Shown: positions 43,349-59,257 of the stretch, in pieces
How positions within the stretch are numbered: the stretch's first letter is position 1
How the letters are laid out: every line of letters begins with the position of its first letter
Assembly (NCBI GenBank): GCA_964016885.1
Contig: OZ024740.1
Location: 110,484,001-110,548,000, forward strand
Length of the DNA: 64,000 bases
Direction of reading: 5' to 3'
Source: Eledone cirrhosa
Lineage: Eukaryota
The notes under the pieces: generated by a model
Told to the model about the DNA's origin: nothing
Seen by the model: the letters and a program-made list of their open reading frames with translations, nothing else
The model's database searches: none
Made by a program: the position numbers and the translations under genes

Positions 43349-43530
43349 GATATATATATATATATACCTTCCATATACTGTACCGATTGTGCTGTTATTT
43401 CTGTTTACCTTTTACATATATATGTATATATATATAGGTGTAGAGGTGTAAGATAATTGCGTCCGTAGGGGGTATGTCGGGTAAGCACTCGATGCTCTTG
43501 CAGAGCTGAGTATTAATACTATATTTATAC

Positions 43531-43569
<39 letters not shown>

Positions 43570-43729
43570 GTGTATAAGGGTCTTTGGATTAATGGTGCTC
43601 GATAGACATATATATACATACATAGACATACGTATATTCTACATACATATATGATATGATTATTAAGCGAAATATTTAACCACGCAGATATATATGCAGA
43701 TATATACAAACATATATTTGTGTATATAA

Positions 43730-43815
<86 letters not shown>

Positions 43816-44352
43816 GTATGCATGTATGTACATATGTACTCTGATATATATGCATATTTATATTTATATATGTATTTAAAGGCTCCTTCAGCAGTGAGAT
43901 TTGGTGACGGTATAATACCCAATTTTCTTTTAATCCAAAATAAAGATAAGGATTACTAGTCTATGTAAGAATAAACTTTGCTCTCCAATACATCTTTCTT
44001 ATCATATGGAAATATCTTTACTTGAAGTACTTAAAGTATTTTGTTGGAAAATGTTTAAATTTTCTACTTTACTTTTTAACAAGAATTAAAAGTTTCTGCC
44101 GAGGTTTTAAGTTTTAATAGTATAAGTACCAAACATTGTATTTAAAGAGAACAAATAGATTGATTGTAGCATATTTTTTCTTATATGGAAACTTGAAAGT
44201 ATGGGTTCCTTTCAAATATCTCTTCTATTTTTTCCCACTTTCACTTTTTAATTTATTTTAAAAAAAACTATCAATGAAAAAAATCATTAAGATATATCTT
44301 TTTCTTATGTTGAAAAACAAAATTATAAGGAAACAGGTTTTATATTGTTGCT

Positions 44353-44417
<65 letters not shown>

Positions 44418-44925
44418 GTTGTTGTCGCTGATGTTTTCGTTGAACTTGCTTAAAATTCAATGTAGTATTTCGTTTGTTTGCTTTTGTTAGTGTTGGTGTG
44501 GTTGTTGTTGTTGTTGTTTTCTTTGTCATTGTCGTCTTCGTTGTTATATTTATTGATGTTGTTGTTGTCGTCATTATTGTAACATTCTCAACTTCAAACA
44601 CTTTCCTTTCTATTTGTTGCTTGCTTGGGAGAGGGGAACTAATCATGGGACCGGGGTAGAGCGTAACCATCAAACAAAAACAAAAGACTAATAGAAAAAT
44701 AATAAAAGTTTGTATCCTCAGCCCAGCGCCAACCCCAAAAGATAAAAAAAAAAATCTTAATACGGTAATCTACTTTGTGGGACCGTAACCTACCAAAATC
44801 ACAATCCACACGTTACCATCAGTATACTCCCTCCAACATCGACCCAATCTCGTATCGAACTGCTACCAGCGCAACTAGCTCCACACACACAGGCACACAC
44901 ACACACACACGCGCGCACACACACA

Positions 44926-45073
<148 letters not shown>

Positions 45074-45184
45074 AGCACGCACAGGAGCAACAAAACAACA
45101 CCAAAAAAGTATAAGATTCGGATCAGCAGCATTACCACCATCAACTTAACGTTTCCTATATATATTTATGTATATATATGTATA

Positions 45185-45226
<42 letters not shown>

Positions 45227-45276
45227 GATATCAGCATATGTATATATATATATACACATACATATTTATAACAATA

Positions 45277-45328
<52 letters not shown>

Positions 45329-45949
45329 ATATGTATGTGTGTATGTATGTGAGTAGGCATGTGTGCGTGTACATGAAAACCTAGCTGTGTGGATTCACAC
45401 GCGAATTGTAGGAACACATGTGCAACCATACAACCTTCGCCTAACATGCTTCTCTTTCCATCTACCTCAAATTTTTCAGCTTCATATGAATTTGATTGAC
45501 AGCTCTTAGTACATTTTTTTTTCAGGAACTTTCTAGATAAATCATACATCTACATGAACAACTCATAAGTTTTTTTCTTCTTCTTCTTCTTCTTCTTCTT
45601 CTTCTTCTTCTTCTTCTTCTTCTTCTTCTTCTTCTTCTTCTTCTTCTTCTTCTTCTTCTTCTTCTTCTTCTTCTTCTTCTTTTTCTAATATTAAACATTA
45701 ATTCTCGAAATTCTGTATCTTTTTTTCATGAATATATTCTTTTAAGCATCCTAAATTGAACATGAATTTATGTACACCCCCTCGCGAAACCACACACACT
45801 CACACACACATACACATACACGCATGCACACAGGCAGGCACATGTATGTAAGTATTTTATTTGTGTTTGGCAACATTTTATTAATCGCATTTTGCGACTA
45901 TTGCAGCTACGACATTACCACACATTGTACTGCAACATGTGTGTGTGTG

Positions 45950-46074
<125 letters not shown>

Positions 46075-46244
46075 ATGTATATTATTTTATACTTTTATTC
46101 CATTACTCGTTCATGCAAGCAGCGGCCAGGCTGGGGTACAGCCATGTATTTAGTAAACTCTATAAGACTCTATAATACAAAACCATCAAAGTGCGGAGTT
46201 GAACCCAGAAACGCAGGGTTACGAAGTGAATTCTTTAACCGCAC

Positions 46245-46325
<81 letters not shown>

Positions 46326-46525
46326 CATATATATATACACACACGTATATATATATATATACACACACACACATATATATATCAACATGTATTCAGACTA
46401 CATAAATATACACACATACGTACATCAATACATGTAGATACATAACAATTCAAAAACAAACGGAAACATAACTAAATAATATAATTTTTTGAGAAATACA
46501 CATTCTCACACACACACACACAAAC

Positions 46526-46570
<45 letters not shown>

Positions 46571-47051
46571 ACACAGAGACACACACGCACACATATATAC
46601 ACATACACATATATACACACACATACACGCACACACACACATGCACACACTCACATACCCATATATACATACACATACACACATACACGCACACATAGAC
46701 ACACATGCACACGCACGCACACACACACACATATATATATATATAACCTATTATTGGCTATATACAAGCATACACAAAAATATATTTATATATAATGATA
46801 TAATATATTATATATAAACATATATTTCTGCGTGTATGTTTGTCTACGAGTGTGCTTGTTCTTATTCGTAGCTCATGAAAAACATTTCGTGCATACACCG
46901 CCGAAAAATGTCGTTTCCCTCCCTTCACACATACCTATAGATACATGTGAATAGAGAAGTACTGAAGAAATATGATTAAGAAAAACGTTTTACTTGTCAT
47001 TGTAGAACAAGAGAAGCGTATGATATGTTCAAGATTGAAAGTTGAAAAAGT

Positions 47052-47099
<48 letters not shown>

Positions 47100-47301
47100 A
47101 TCAAAAGCAACAACAAGTACAGCAGCAGTAAGAATACCAAAAGCTGCAACAAGAACAGCAACAGCAGGAAGCAGGTAACTAAGAAGTGTATATAATAAGA
47201 ATCAGTGTATTGTATAATGTGAAAAACATATATATTATTTATATTAAACATAATTACTTATGCTTTGTTTTTCTATGAAGTGTATTGCTTTATTTGTATA
47301 A

Positions 47302-47428
<127 letters not shown>

Positions 47429-47603
47429 GCGCGCGTGTATGTGTGTGTGTGTAGGTGAAGACAATTATGATGTTCTGGGTTCAAATCCATTGCCAGGAAC
47501 TTTGTAGAAGTGTCTTCCACTATGGCTCCAAGTTGACCGTGACATTGTGGGTGGAATTTTGTAGAAGCCCGCCGTATACATAGATACATACAAACATACA
47601 TAC

Positions 47604-48012
47604 ATGGTGGCTGCCAACTCGTTTTCGAGTACGGCCACTACTTTATATCCATGTAGGAGAACCCCTACCGATGCGCTGAACGAGTGTGGCTTTTTAGTCC
47701 AGCCAGCGACTTGAAAACTCTGGTACAAACACTACACTTGTGACAATTACTGACACATAGTGCTGGGCCCATGGTACCATGTGACGACAAGTGCAGAGAG
47801 ATCTCCAGATATAAAGCAATGCCTGTGCCGTGAAGCTTTTATAGTGAGCAAAGGCACTGCACAAAGCCAGTCCCACTCTCTTAACCAAGATGATATTTAC
47901 CAAAAAAGAAGAACAAGTCAACATCATTAGATACCATCAGAGTTGCAGGTGTTATATCAGAGTTTTCCTTCTCCTAGAATTCTGCCTTGACAAAGGTTAA
48001 GGAGTCATCTCT
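47604..48012 (-). mobile_element. Non-autonomous RTE-derived element, copy 1 (5'-truncated)
   Basis: Near-identical to 49519-49927 and 50331-50741. Confidence 0.7.
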
Positions 48013-49518
<1,506 letters not shown>

Positions 49519-50047
49519 ATGGTGGGTGCCAACTCATTTTCGAGTACGGCCACTACTTTATATCCATGTAGGAGAACCGCTACTGATGCGCTGAACGAGT
49601 GTGACTTTTTAGTCCAGACAGCGACTTGAAAACTCTGGTACAAACACTACACTTGTGACAGTTATTGACACATAGTGCTGGGCCCATGGTACCATGTGAC
49701 GACAAGTGCAGAGAGATCTCCAGATATAAAGCAATGCCTGTGCCGTGAAGCTTTTATAGTGAGCAAAGGCACTGCACAAAGCCAGTCCCACTCTCTTAAC
49801 GAAGATGATATTTACCAAAAAGAAGAACAAGTCAACATCATTGGATACCATCAGGGTTGCAGGTGTTATATCAGAGTTTTCCTTCTCCTAGAATTCTGCC
49901 TTGACAAAGGCTAAGGGGTCATCTCTCCCGGTGATTTTGGATGACCATTGACTCTTAAGAGCTCATTTGCTCTTTGACAGGTTTTGTTTTTTGTCCTGCA
50001 GGAAGTCGAAAATCACCCTCCCTACCAAGAAACCTTGGTGGGGTTGC
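49519..50047 (-). mobile_element. Non-autonomous bipartite RTE-derived element, longest copy (~530 bp)
   Basis: Minus strand carries the RTE 5'-UTR-like motif ctaggagaaggaaaactctga, then the end of an ORF with a C2H2 finger ([23 protein letters not shown]), a ctcgaaaa-hairpin, and a microsatellite tail. Confidence 0.7.
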
Positions 50048-50330
50048 ACATACATACATACCTACATATATACATACATACCTACATATATACATATATA
50101 CCTACATACCTACATACACACATACATACCTACATACACACATACATACCTACATATATACATACATACCTACATATATACATATATACCTACATACCTA
50201 CATACACACATACATACCTACATACACACATACATACCTACATATATACATACATACACACATACATACCTACAGATATACATACATAAAACACATACAT
50301 ACCTACATACACACATACATACATACATAC

Positions 50331-50741
50331 ATGGTGGCTGCCAACTCGTTTTCGAGTACGGCCACTACTTTATATCCATGTAGGAGAACCCCTACCGATG
50401 CGCTGAACGAGTGTGACTTTTTAGTCCAGCCAGCGACTTGAAAACTCTGGTACAAACACTACACTTGTGACAATTACTGACACATAGTGCTGGGCCCATG
50501 GTACCATGTGACGACAAGTGCAGAGAGATCTCCAGATATAAAGCAATGCCTGTGCCGTGAAGCTTTTATAGTGAGCAAAGGCACTGCACAAAGCCAGTCC
50601 CACTCTCTTAACCAAGATGATATTTACCAAAAAGAAGAACAAGTCAACATCATTGGATACCATCAGGGTTGCAGGTGTTATATCAGAGTTTTCCTTCTCC
50701 TAGAATTCTGCCTTGACAAAGGCTAAGGGGTCATCTCTCCC
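50331..50741 (-). mobile_element. Non-autonomous RTE-derived element, copy 3 (5'-truncated)
   Basis: [25 protein letters not shown] at 50469-50392; (GTAT)n tail. Confidence 0.7.
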
Positions 50742-51053
50742 TATACATACATACACACATACATACCTACATATATACATACATACACACATACCTACAT
50801 ATATACGTACATACACACATACATACCTACATATATACATACATACCTACATATATACATACCTACCTACACACATACATACACATAACTACATATATAC
50901 ATACATACCTACATACACACCTACATATATACATACCTACCTACACACTTACATACATACACAGACAAAAAGGTGCAAACTGTTTAAATTCCAGTTCACC
51001 CACACCACCTCAACCCACCCCCATCACCCCAATTCCAAACCCCCAATAACATT

Positions 51054-52018
51054 TCAATATTTCAACTTCTCTTTGGAGGTGGAAGATTGCTCCAGCTCGG
51101 TCTCATACTCTATTGTTACTTTTGGACGTCTTTTTGACATTTCCTTTGTTTTTCCTTTGTGATGTTCTGCTGATAACGATGATGGTGCTTGCTTCCGTTT
51201 CTTATATTTCCCGCCCGTCGTTGCTAACGGCAACCCTGGTACCTTGTTGTCATTGACGACATCTTCTTCATCTCTGCTAGAGTTGTAATCACTCAACCGA
51301 AGATCCCCAAGATCTTCAATGTCACTCTCTTCAAATTCATTGTAAGGAACATACTCCACATGACAAGAGGTACTCGCATCACCTTTCTCCTTCTCCACTC
51401 CTCTTCTACCTCCTTTGCAATCCGCCCACGCTGTCCTTCCCCTTCACTGTCAATCTCTTCTTCTTCTTCTTCTTCTTCTTCTTCTTCTTCTTCTTCTTCT
51501 TCTTCTTCTTCTTCTTCCTCCTCCTCCTCCTCCTCCTCTTCCTCTACCTCTTCTCCGCCCAGAAGTTTGCTGAATGCTTTCATTGGGAAGCTGTACAGCT
51601 CGTTATAAGCCCCAGATTTGAGTCCTTCTAATAACTGCTTCTCTATGGCGTTGTCAAGTTGAGCAGCAACCAATGCTTTCTCCTCTCGTCTTTTCTCGCG
51701 ACGTTCTATATTTCTCTGTAAAGGAACCAACTTCCTTCTGTTACGCAAAACAAGTTTTCTCATTCTGGCCAAATACTGCCTGATTCTAATCAATCTCAGG
51801 CGACACTTCCGACGATAATACGAAGGCCAGTAGAGCATCTTTGTGTTAATCTGTGCCATTGCTTTTTCAAAGTTGTTATCCAACTGAATCTTCTTCCACA
51901 TCCTCCGTGGAAATGCTGCACGTTCTACTTCTTTCATGTAGATGTAACACACACCTTTCTCTTCTCTGACTATAGCATATTGGCTGTTGGCTAAGGGACA
52001 GGAATACCTGTCACACAA
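51054..52018 (-). pseudogene. MAK16: MAK16 (60S biogenesis factor) processed pseudogene, 5'-truncated and frameshifted
   Basis: [55 protein letters not shown], acidic tract, then in a second frame FEESDIED...KRRPKVTIEYETE*; no introns; N-terminus missing. Confidence 0.9.
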
Positions 52019-52056
52019 TCATATATACATACACACATACATACATACATACATAC

Positions 52057-55000
52057 GTAAAAATAAGATAAATATTGTTAATTGTAAGTCCCACACAACA
52101 AACATGTTATCAACAACACGTGTTACAGGTCGCCATGCTATTACACTTCCTAGCAGCCAGGTCGAACAGCGTCTTGAAACAACTATGCCTGTAAGAAACT
52201 TGACACCACCTGTACCATCTAAATCTACCTCGAATGCTGGGGAAAACACTATCGATAATAATAATAATCAAAGAAAAAATAATAATAATCGAAGAAATTT
52301 GACACCACGTGTACCATCCGAATCTACCTCGACTGTTGTGGAAAATACTATCGATAATGATAATAATCAAAAGTATAAACAATTGAAAATTTTCCTCAAC
52401 GAAATCTTCCAGAGAGAAATTAATTCATGTATAAATATCTCTCTTGCTGGCCGTGTTAAAACGACAATGTTTAATAAAAACCCAAATAATGAAATATCAC
52501 GTGTTATTGACGAAATAGGGGATGGATATTTACGACGGATAAAAACCCCAACATTTTGGCAAATCAACGCCTGTTTATATGCCCTAGAAATGACAGTGAA
52601 CCATTATCTTGGTGATAGCAGAGATATTAACATGAAGAGAACACCACCAAAAATGCCATCATATATAACTAAAATAGAAAAAAAGATTGCTGACCTACGA
52701 AAAAACATAGGATATGTGACAATGCTCCTTACATGCAAACAAACACAAAAAACCTCACTCCTCACCAACAAAGAGTGAAAAATAAAATAGAGACGATGTT
52801 TGGTAATAGTAGAACCAGAACTCTCCAATATAAGCTGATCAGCCTTAAACAAGAATTGAGAGCTGTTAGCGAAAAACGCCGATACCCGAAGAAGGTAGAT
52901 GAGAGAAAAGTAAGTGCTTAATAAAAGATTCAGACGAAACCAAAGATCAGTCTATAGAGATATGAAGGGCAAAATAATTGTTTCTACGTTTGGCACAAGG
53001 CCAGCAATTACCCAGTGCATTACTGGTACTTTATTTTATCGACCCCGTAAGGATGAAAGGCAAAGTTAACCTCGGCGGGATTTGAACTCAGAATGGCAAA
53101 GGCCGTAACTCTATGCGTCAAAGCATAGCGTCCGACCCTCTACCGACACCTATGAAGGGCAAAATAATAAGTGTCACTGAGGCTTCATCCAAGAAAGACA
53201 TAGATTCCTTTTGGAGAAAAATATGGGGTGAGAAGAAGAATTTCAACCAAGCTGCAGTGTGGCTAAGAGAAATCCGAAGAACTATTGCTCCTACACTACA
53301 ACAAAAACATACAAAATAAGTGAGGGTACCCTTGAGACTGTGATAGGAAAACTCCAAGATAAGAAAACACCAGGAAGAGACATGATTGTCGGCTACTGGT
53401 ACAAAAAATTATTATTCTATCGGAAGGATCTTACTGACCTCTACCAATAAGTTCTTAAGGGAGATACACTTATACCAGAATGGTTGACATTAGGACAAAC
53501 ATTACTGCTCCCCAAGAACAAAGACACCCACTTGGCAAAAAACTACCGACCCATTGCATGCCAGAACCTGATATATAAGGTGTATACAGCCTGCCTGAAC
53601 CTATTCCTCCAAGATCACTGTGAAAATACTAACATCATCACAGATGAACAAGCAGCTGGAAAGAAAGGGGTTTGGGGATGTGCTGAACAACTAATCAACA
53701 AAACTGCGATGTCGGAGGTGCGACAACTTAGGAGGAATATGGCTACAGTCTGGCTGGACTACAGGAAAGCTTTCGATTCTGTTCCCCACTCTTGGATGAT
53801 AGAGGCCCTCCAACTTGTTAAAGTTTCAGACATTATTGTCAGAGCCATAGCGAGGCTGTCTTCTTCTTGGGCTACTATCCTAAGGTTAAAGAGAGAGAGG
53901 GAAGACTCTATTTTCAGTGATAAAATAAATTATTGCAGGGGTATATTTCATGGGGACAGACTCTCTGTGATATTATTCATCTTGTCATTAAACCCCTTGT
54001 CCTTTCTGCTCAAGAAATGTGAGGGATACATCATTGGCTCACAGGAGGACAAAAATATGAACCTAACCCATAATTTCTTTGAGTACGATCTGAAACTCTA
54101 TGCCAAGAACATGGATGGGATGAAGAAAAATCTTGACCTAGTTACAACGTTCTCAAAGGATATAGGAATGGAGTTTGGCCAAGATAAATGTTCATACATA
54201 ACTGTAAAGCTGGGAAAAACAACAACCCAATCTAGAAACATTATGATCAATGGCCTAACTGTTTTACCGATATCTGATGAGAACTGCTACAGATACCTGG
54301 GGATAGATGAGAACATATCCTATAATGGTATCTGTAGTAAAGAACGCGTAACCAGGGAATACTACACCCGATTAAGAAAGATCTGGTCATCGGAACTCTC
54401 TGCGCAAAACAAAACAGTGACTCACAATGTGTTTGCTGTTCCTGTCCTAACACCAACGTTTGGAATACTCAATTAGACGATAGACGATATCCGAGCAGTT
54501 GATGTTGGAACTCGAAAAATACTGAACAACACCGGAAACTTCCACATCAACAGTGACATAGACCGCCTTTACTTGAAACGTAAGCAGGGAAGCAGAGGCC
54601 TAACATCAGTCTAGACAACATTTGAATGTCGCATCATATCTCTCCGACAAATCTACGAACCTTGAAGCGTAGGAGCCCGTTTCTCGAGCAAGTCTATCTG
54701 CATGAAACAGATAAGATCATGAGAGTTGGCAAGGAACTCCTCGAGAGATATTCCCTGTGTGATAATCAAAAACTCACACCCAGGGATGTCGCTCAGCTGT
54801 ATCGCAGTGAATCCATGGATGAAAAACTGCATGATTATCAGCAAAAAATCATGCATGCATATGTTGCCAGGAAGCTCCAGAGTGAGAGTAATATAGATAA
54901 GGAAAGTAGTCTTTCTTGGACCAACAGCCGCTATATTGGCTCCTACTTTGAAGGATACGCTTTTGCAATCCAGGAACAGGAGATTAACACGAAATACCTG

Positions 55001-55870
55001 ATTCACAAAAGAGATAGGGATGCAGGAAAAACACCTAGAGGTGATAACAAGTGCAGACTCTGCAGAACTAACATCGAGGATATCACCCATGTCATCAGCA
55101 GCTGTCCAAAGATGTCATCGCGGTACTATCTACCTATGAGGCATGATGTAGTGGCCACATGTACAATGCAATCCGTAGAAAAGATAGCCCCGATAATATA
55201 CACATTAAAATCTACAGCAATGTGGAAGACATCCATATACATAATATGAAAGAGTACTGGTGGAATGTTCCAGTAAAAACCCCAATAAAATGCAGACATA
55301 ACAGACCAGATATTATGATATGAGACAGGGAGAAGAAAACATGCACAGTAGTGGAAATTAGCTGCCCAGCAGATGCCAATATAATATCAAAGATTAGTGA
55401 AAAGGAGAATATTTATGCAGAACTGATGAGAAATCTGCAGATACTCCGCCCTGATTACACCTTCAGATTTATGCCTGTGATTATTGGGGCATTGGGATAT
55501 GTTAGTAACCGCCTCAATACAAATCTTGAGAAGCTAGGCTTCACAGGAACAGAAATAACACTAGTTAGGAAATTACAAGTACAATCCATTAATGGAAGAG
55601 TAAAAATATGTAAAACATTCCAAAGATTTTGCATCTAATAACTGCATATACACATGTACAGATGCAAAGCATATACACATGCACACATACAACTCAAAAC
55701 ATACACATCCACACATACAATAACATCCATATCTACACATGCATTCATGCATACATATCTATCTAGTTGATGTTTTGTAAATTCCAATGAGAGAGTCTTG
55801 TGTCTATGTTAGAAACCGACTCTCTCTCTATTGGAAAAACTTTGTGAAATTATAAAACCACAAGAACATA
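52057..55870 (+). mobile_element. Decayed R4/Dong-like non-LTR retrotransposon (RT plus CCHC plus restriction-like endonuclease) in (CATA)n
   Basis: KTPGRD, NYRPIAC, WLDYRKAFDSVPH, GIFHGDRLS, FEYDLKLY (damaged catalytic DD motif), YRYLG, CRLC...HVISSC...RHD, NRPDI, EISCP; multiple stops and frameshifts. Confidence 0.88.
52979..53150 (-). mobile_element. tRNA-derived SINE inserted into the R4-like LINE, 18-bp TSD
   Basis: tatgaagggcaaaataat at 52961-52978 and 53151-53168; body matches 12275-12430. Confidence 0.9.
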
Positions 55871-55887
55871 ATACATACATACATACA

Positions 55888-55923
<36 letters not shown>

Positions 55924-56487
55924 TATATATACATATAAATATATATATTGGAAAATATGTGAAATCCTTCGTACAGTTAAGAATGACTTCATTTGTAGTT
56001 CTAAACAATTTAATTTTATAATATTATAATTTTATAATTTGGTTTTGTAGATCTAGTAAGTTCTTTGTTAACTTCGGTGGGGAGATTTTTAAAAGATTCC
56101 TGGTTAACTTTCCCGGAGAACTTTCCCGCATTCGTCGGTGGCGAGTGTTAAACTGATCTAAGATTGTGTTGTGATGTGTGACTCTATATATAAGAGATTT
56201 GGGTGTGTCTGGGATGGGGTTTGTTAATGAGTGTGAGAGTGAAGGAGTGTTGATGAAGATTTAAGGAATTAACATATATATACACACACAAGAGCTGAAA
56301 GAAAATAGTGAATGGTGAAAGCAAGATAATTGATTGAGAGTGGAGTGTTGAAGTGTTGGGGTGTTTAAGGGGTGTTTTAGAAAGGCCTAGTGAAAGTGCC
56401 CTCCTGTTGGTTCCATTTCAAATGTTTTTCAAATTCTTTTCTTATAGCTGAATGAACTCTCTTATAAAGAAAAACTTCAGCAATCTC

Positions 56488-56890
56488 CTCTTCGCACCGG
56501 TCGCCGTCGAGACCTCTGGCGTACTTGGATCCCGTACTGCCGAGCTTCTCCGCAAGATCGGAACGTCGGCAGCCCATCTGACGAAGGACCCCCGCGAGGC
56601 TGGGTGACTGTTGCAGCTGGTGCCACTGGCCATCGTTCGCGTCAATGCTTTTGCCGTCTTGTCCGCGGGTTGCAGCACTTCTGCCTCCTTGCCCTTGGCC
56701 CAAAGCCCAATCACCCTCTCCCTTCAACCCTCCCCTCTCTTCTGCAACACCAGAGCTCTTGCCATCCCCTCCCCTTTCCGTTCCTTCTCTTCTTTCTTTT
56801 CCTTTTTTCTCCTCTATATTCCCTTATTCTTTTTTACTACATTCATTTACTTTCGTACAAGGGCTCTTCCTTCTTCCTTCTTCCTTTCCA
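56488..56890 (+). mobile_element. CRE-clade non-LTR retrotransposon 3' fragment
   Basis: LFAPVAVETSGVLG...KIG...DPREAG*LLQLVPLAIVRVNAFAVL fits the PxAVETxG...AIxRGNA RLE C-terminus; pyrimidine-rich 3' UTR follows. Confidence 0.7.
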
Positions 56891-56907
56891 TGTTATATAT
56901 ATGTATG

Positions 56908-57086
56908 TGTCCGGATTGGCAGTATAGGTAGAACGTTGGACACCTTTCTTTGCAGCATAGAGTTAGGTCCCTTTATGTTCTGAGTTCAAATCCAGCCGAG
57001 GTTAACTCTGCCTTTCATCCTAATGGGATCGATAAAATAATGTACCAGTAATACACCGGGATAATTGCAAAGTAGAAACAATTATT
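56908..57086 (+). mobile_element. tRNA-derived SINE (same family as 12275-12430)
   Basis: ctgagttcaaatccagccgaggttaactctgcctttcatcct...gtagaaacaattatt. Confidence 0.75.
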
Positions 57087-57535
57087 TTACATTTTATATT
57101 TGCATATATTTCGATACCAGCACTTCATTTATCCGCACGCTCACTTTCTTCTCCTCTACATATTTTCTATATTAAAGATGTATTTGGGTGTCGGTGTGTG
57201 TGTGTGGGGGGGGGGGGGGGGGGGGTGAGGTGTAAGATACATGTCTTTTGATAAACAGGGGATGATAGAAAAGACAAAAATAAGGTTAGTTTTGGAATAT
57301 TTGTTGATAGAAATGTATGTTGTTGATATTGGTTTAGGAGGAGAGGTAGGGGATCATGCTAGCTCACATATTTACTTCCCTACATATAAACATATATACA
57401 TCCCATATACATACTCTAGTTCATACATACCCATACATTTACACATGCACATGTACTCATACATATATACTTATATATGCCCCCCCCCCCCCCCCCCCAC
57501 ACACACGCACACTCACACACACACATATATATTAT

Positions 57536-58330
57536 ATAGAATAAGTAAAAGCGAAGAAGTTTCAGATATTCAAGTCTTTTAATAATAATGCTGTGATATA
57601 TATTGCAATGACGACACTGGCCACAGTGTCGCGACTTCGTCAGACAGCTTGTTACATAATAAGGTTATGTCTCCGAGACAATCCAAATTGAATCGACATG
57701 GGAATTTTTTAATTTATAATTTCTGATATTTGATTTAGGATTTTCGATTTTAAATTTTAATTTTTATTTCCAACTCTCACTCATAACTTCCAATGTAAAA
57801 CCATGATACCTAGAATTAAGTATATTTTCTCTTAGGGGTTGATGGTCAGTTGTACTGTCCATGCTTGGTGAGAGGTAGTATTGTGACCTGTAAAAACTAA
57901 CACTCTCCCATCCCCTCTGGCTTTCGGCTGACTGCCACAGACGGGACGGGTAGCAGTAAACTATGGTACAGGCCTGAATGGGTCATTGTTTGGCTGAGAG
58001 GGGGAACTGACTAAGCGAATCTCGTTGAAATCTGCGGTAGCTAATGGTCAACTTCCTCCAGACCTGCGCCTGCGCAGACCGGTGGGGGTGAATTGGTACT
58101 AATAGGGGAACGGATGAAGAACCCAAAAGCACACACTTCGTCCGTTCCCATATCGATTCAATTTGGATTGCCTCGGAAACAAAACCTTATTATGTAACAA
58201 GCTGTCTGACGATGTCGCGACACTGGCACACAGAACAATGTGGCCACTGTCGCCATTGAAATATATATCACAGCATTATTATTAAAAAACTTGAACATCT
58301 GAAACTACTTCGCTTTTCCTTATTCGATAT
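57536..58330. mobile_element. Fold-back hammerhead element (family G), arms 57536-57704 and 58145-58330
   Basis: The arms are diverged reverse complements. Confidence 0.8.
58201..58274 (+). ncRNA. Type-I hammerhead ribozyme with long stem II; mirror copy 57590-57648 (-) has GCAA for GAAA
   Basis: gctgt-CTGACGA-long hairpin-GAAA-tatata-TC-acagc. Confidence 0.75.
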
Positions 58331-58396
58331 TTACTCCGTCACTCCTATTTGGAATAAGTACGTTGAGTGCTTGAATTGCATCAATATTTACCCTAA

Positions 58397-58472
<76 letters not shown>

Positions 58473-59226
58473 AGAAGGTTCAGTAAATCCGTATATTATA
58501 TATATACAATCAGTTAAAACAGTGACGTATGCAAGTACTTAAGTTTCGTTGACATGTTTATCCCAATTCATTTAGACTGTCATACTCTATCTTTAGAACC
58601 GTTGAGCGTTAGGAAGTTTTAGAATTTGAAAGATAGAAACATCAACCTTGTTTGACTATGAAAATTAGACTAATATTTAGACTCAAAATCGCTGCCGTCG
58701 CAAATAAATTGTAAAAGGTTTTCCGTCTCCAGGTTTATATGTCCAGCTTATTAAACTATTTTTCAAAGTCAAACCACATTGATGCTTCTAACTTCCAAAT
58801 TCAAACTCGTATATATTTATGTAAAGGTATAAAACCAATCGCGACGCCAAGTCGTTTCGGCTTTTACGCGGCAAGTTTTCGGAAGGGTATCTCTGTGAAT
58901 ATGCCACACATTGTTTTAGTATACTTCTTTTTGAATTTGTTTTGCAAGATTTCTTATCTGAAAACGTGTGTTGAAACAGATACTTTTATACTTTGGAAGG
59001 ATCATGCTGCCAATAAAAACACACGCACCTGTTGGTTTTCACTTCAATTTATTATAAATTTCCGGTTGGTTGGTTGAATAACCGGATGGTTGTTTATACA
59101 TTATTAAAGCTCTTTCGTCACACATACTGTGACCTCCTCAGTGACTAGGTTTATATTTTGTGTCTCTCCTTTGTTCTGTCCTACATCATCTTGTTTTTGG
59201 GTGTTGTGTGCTGTGTACGTATACGC

Positions 59227-59257
<31 letters not shown>

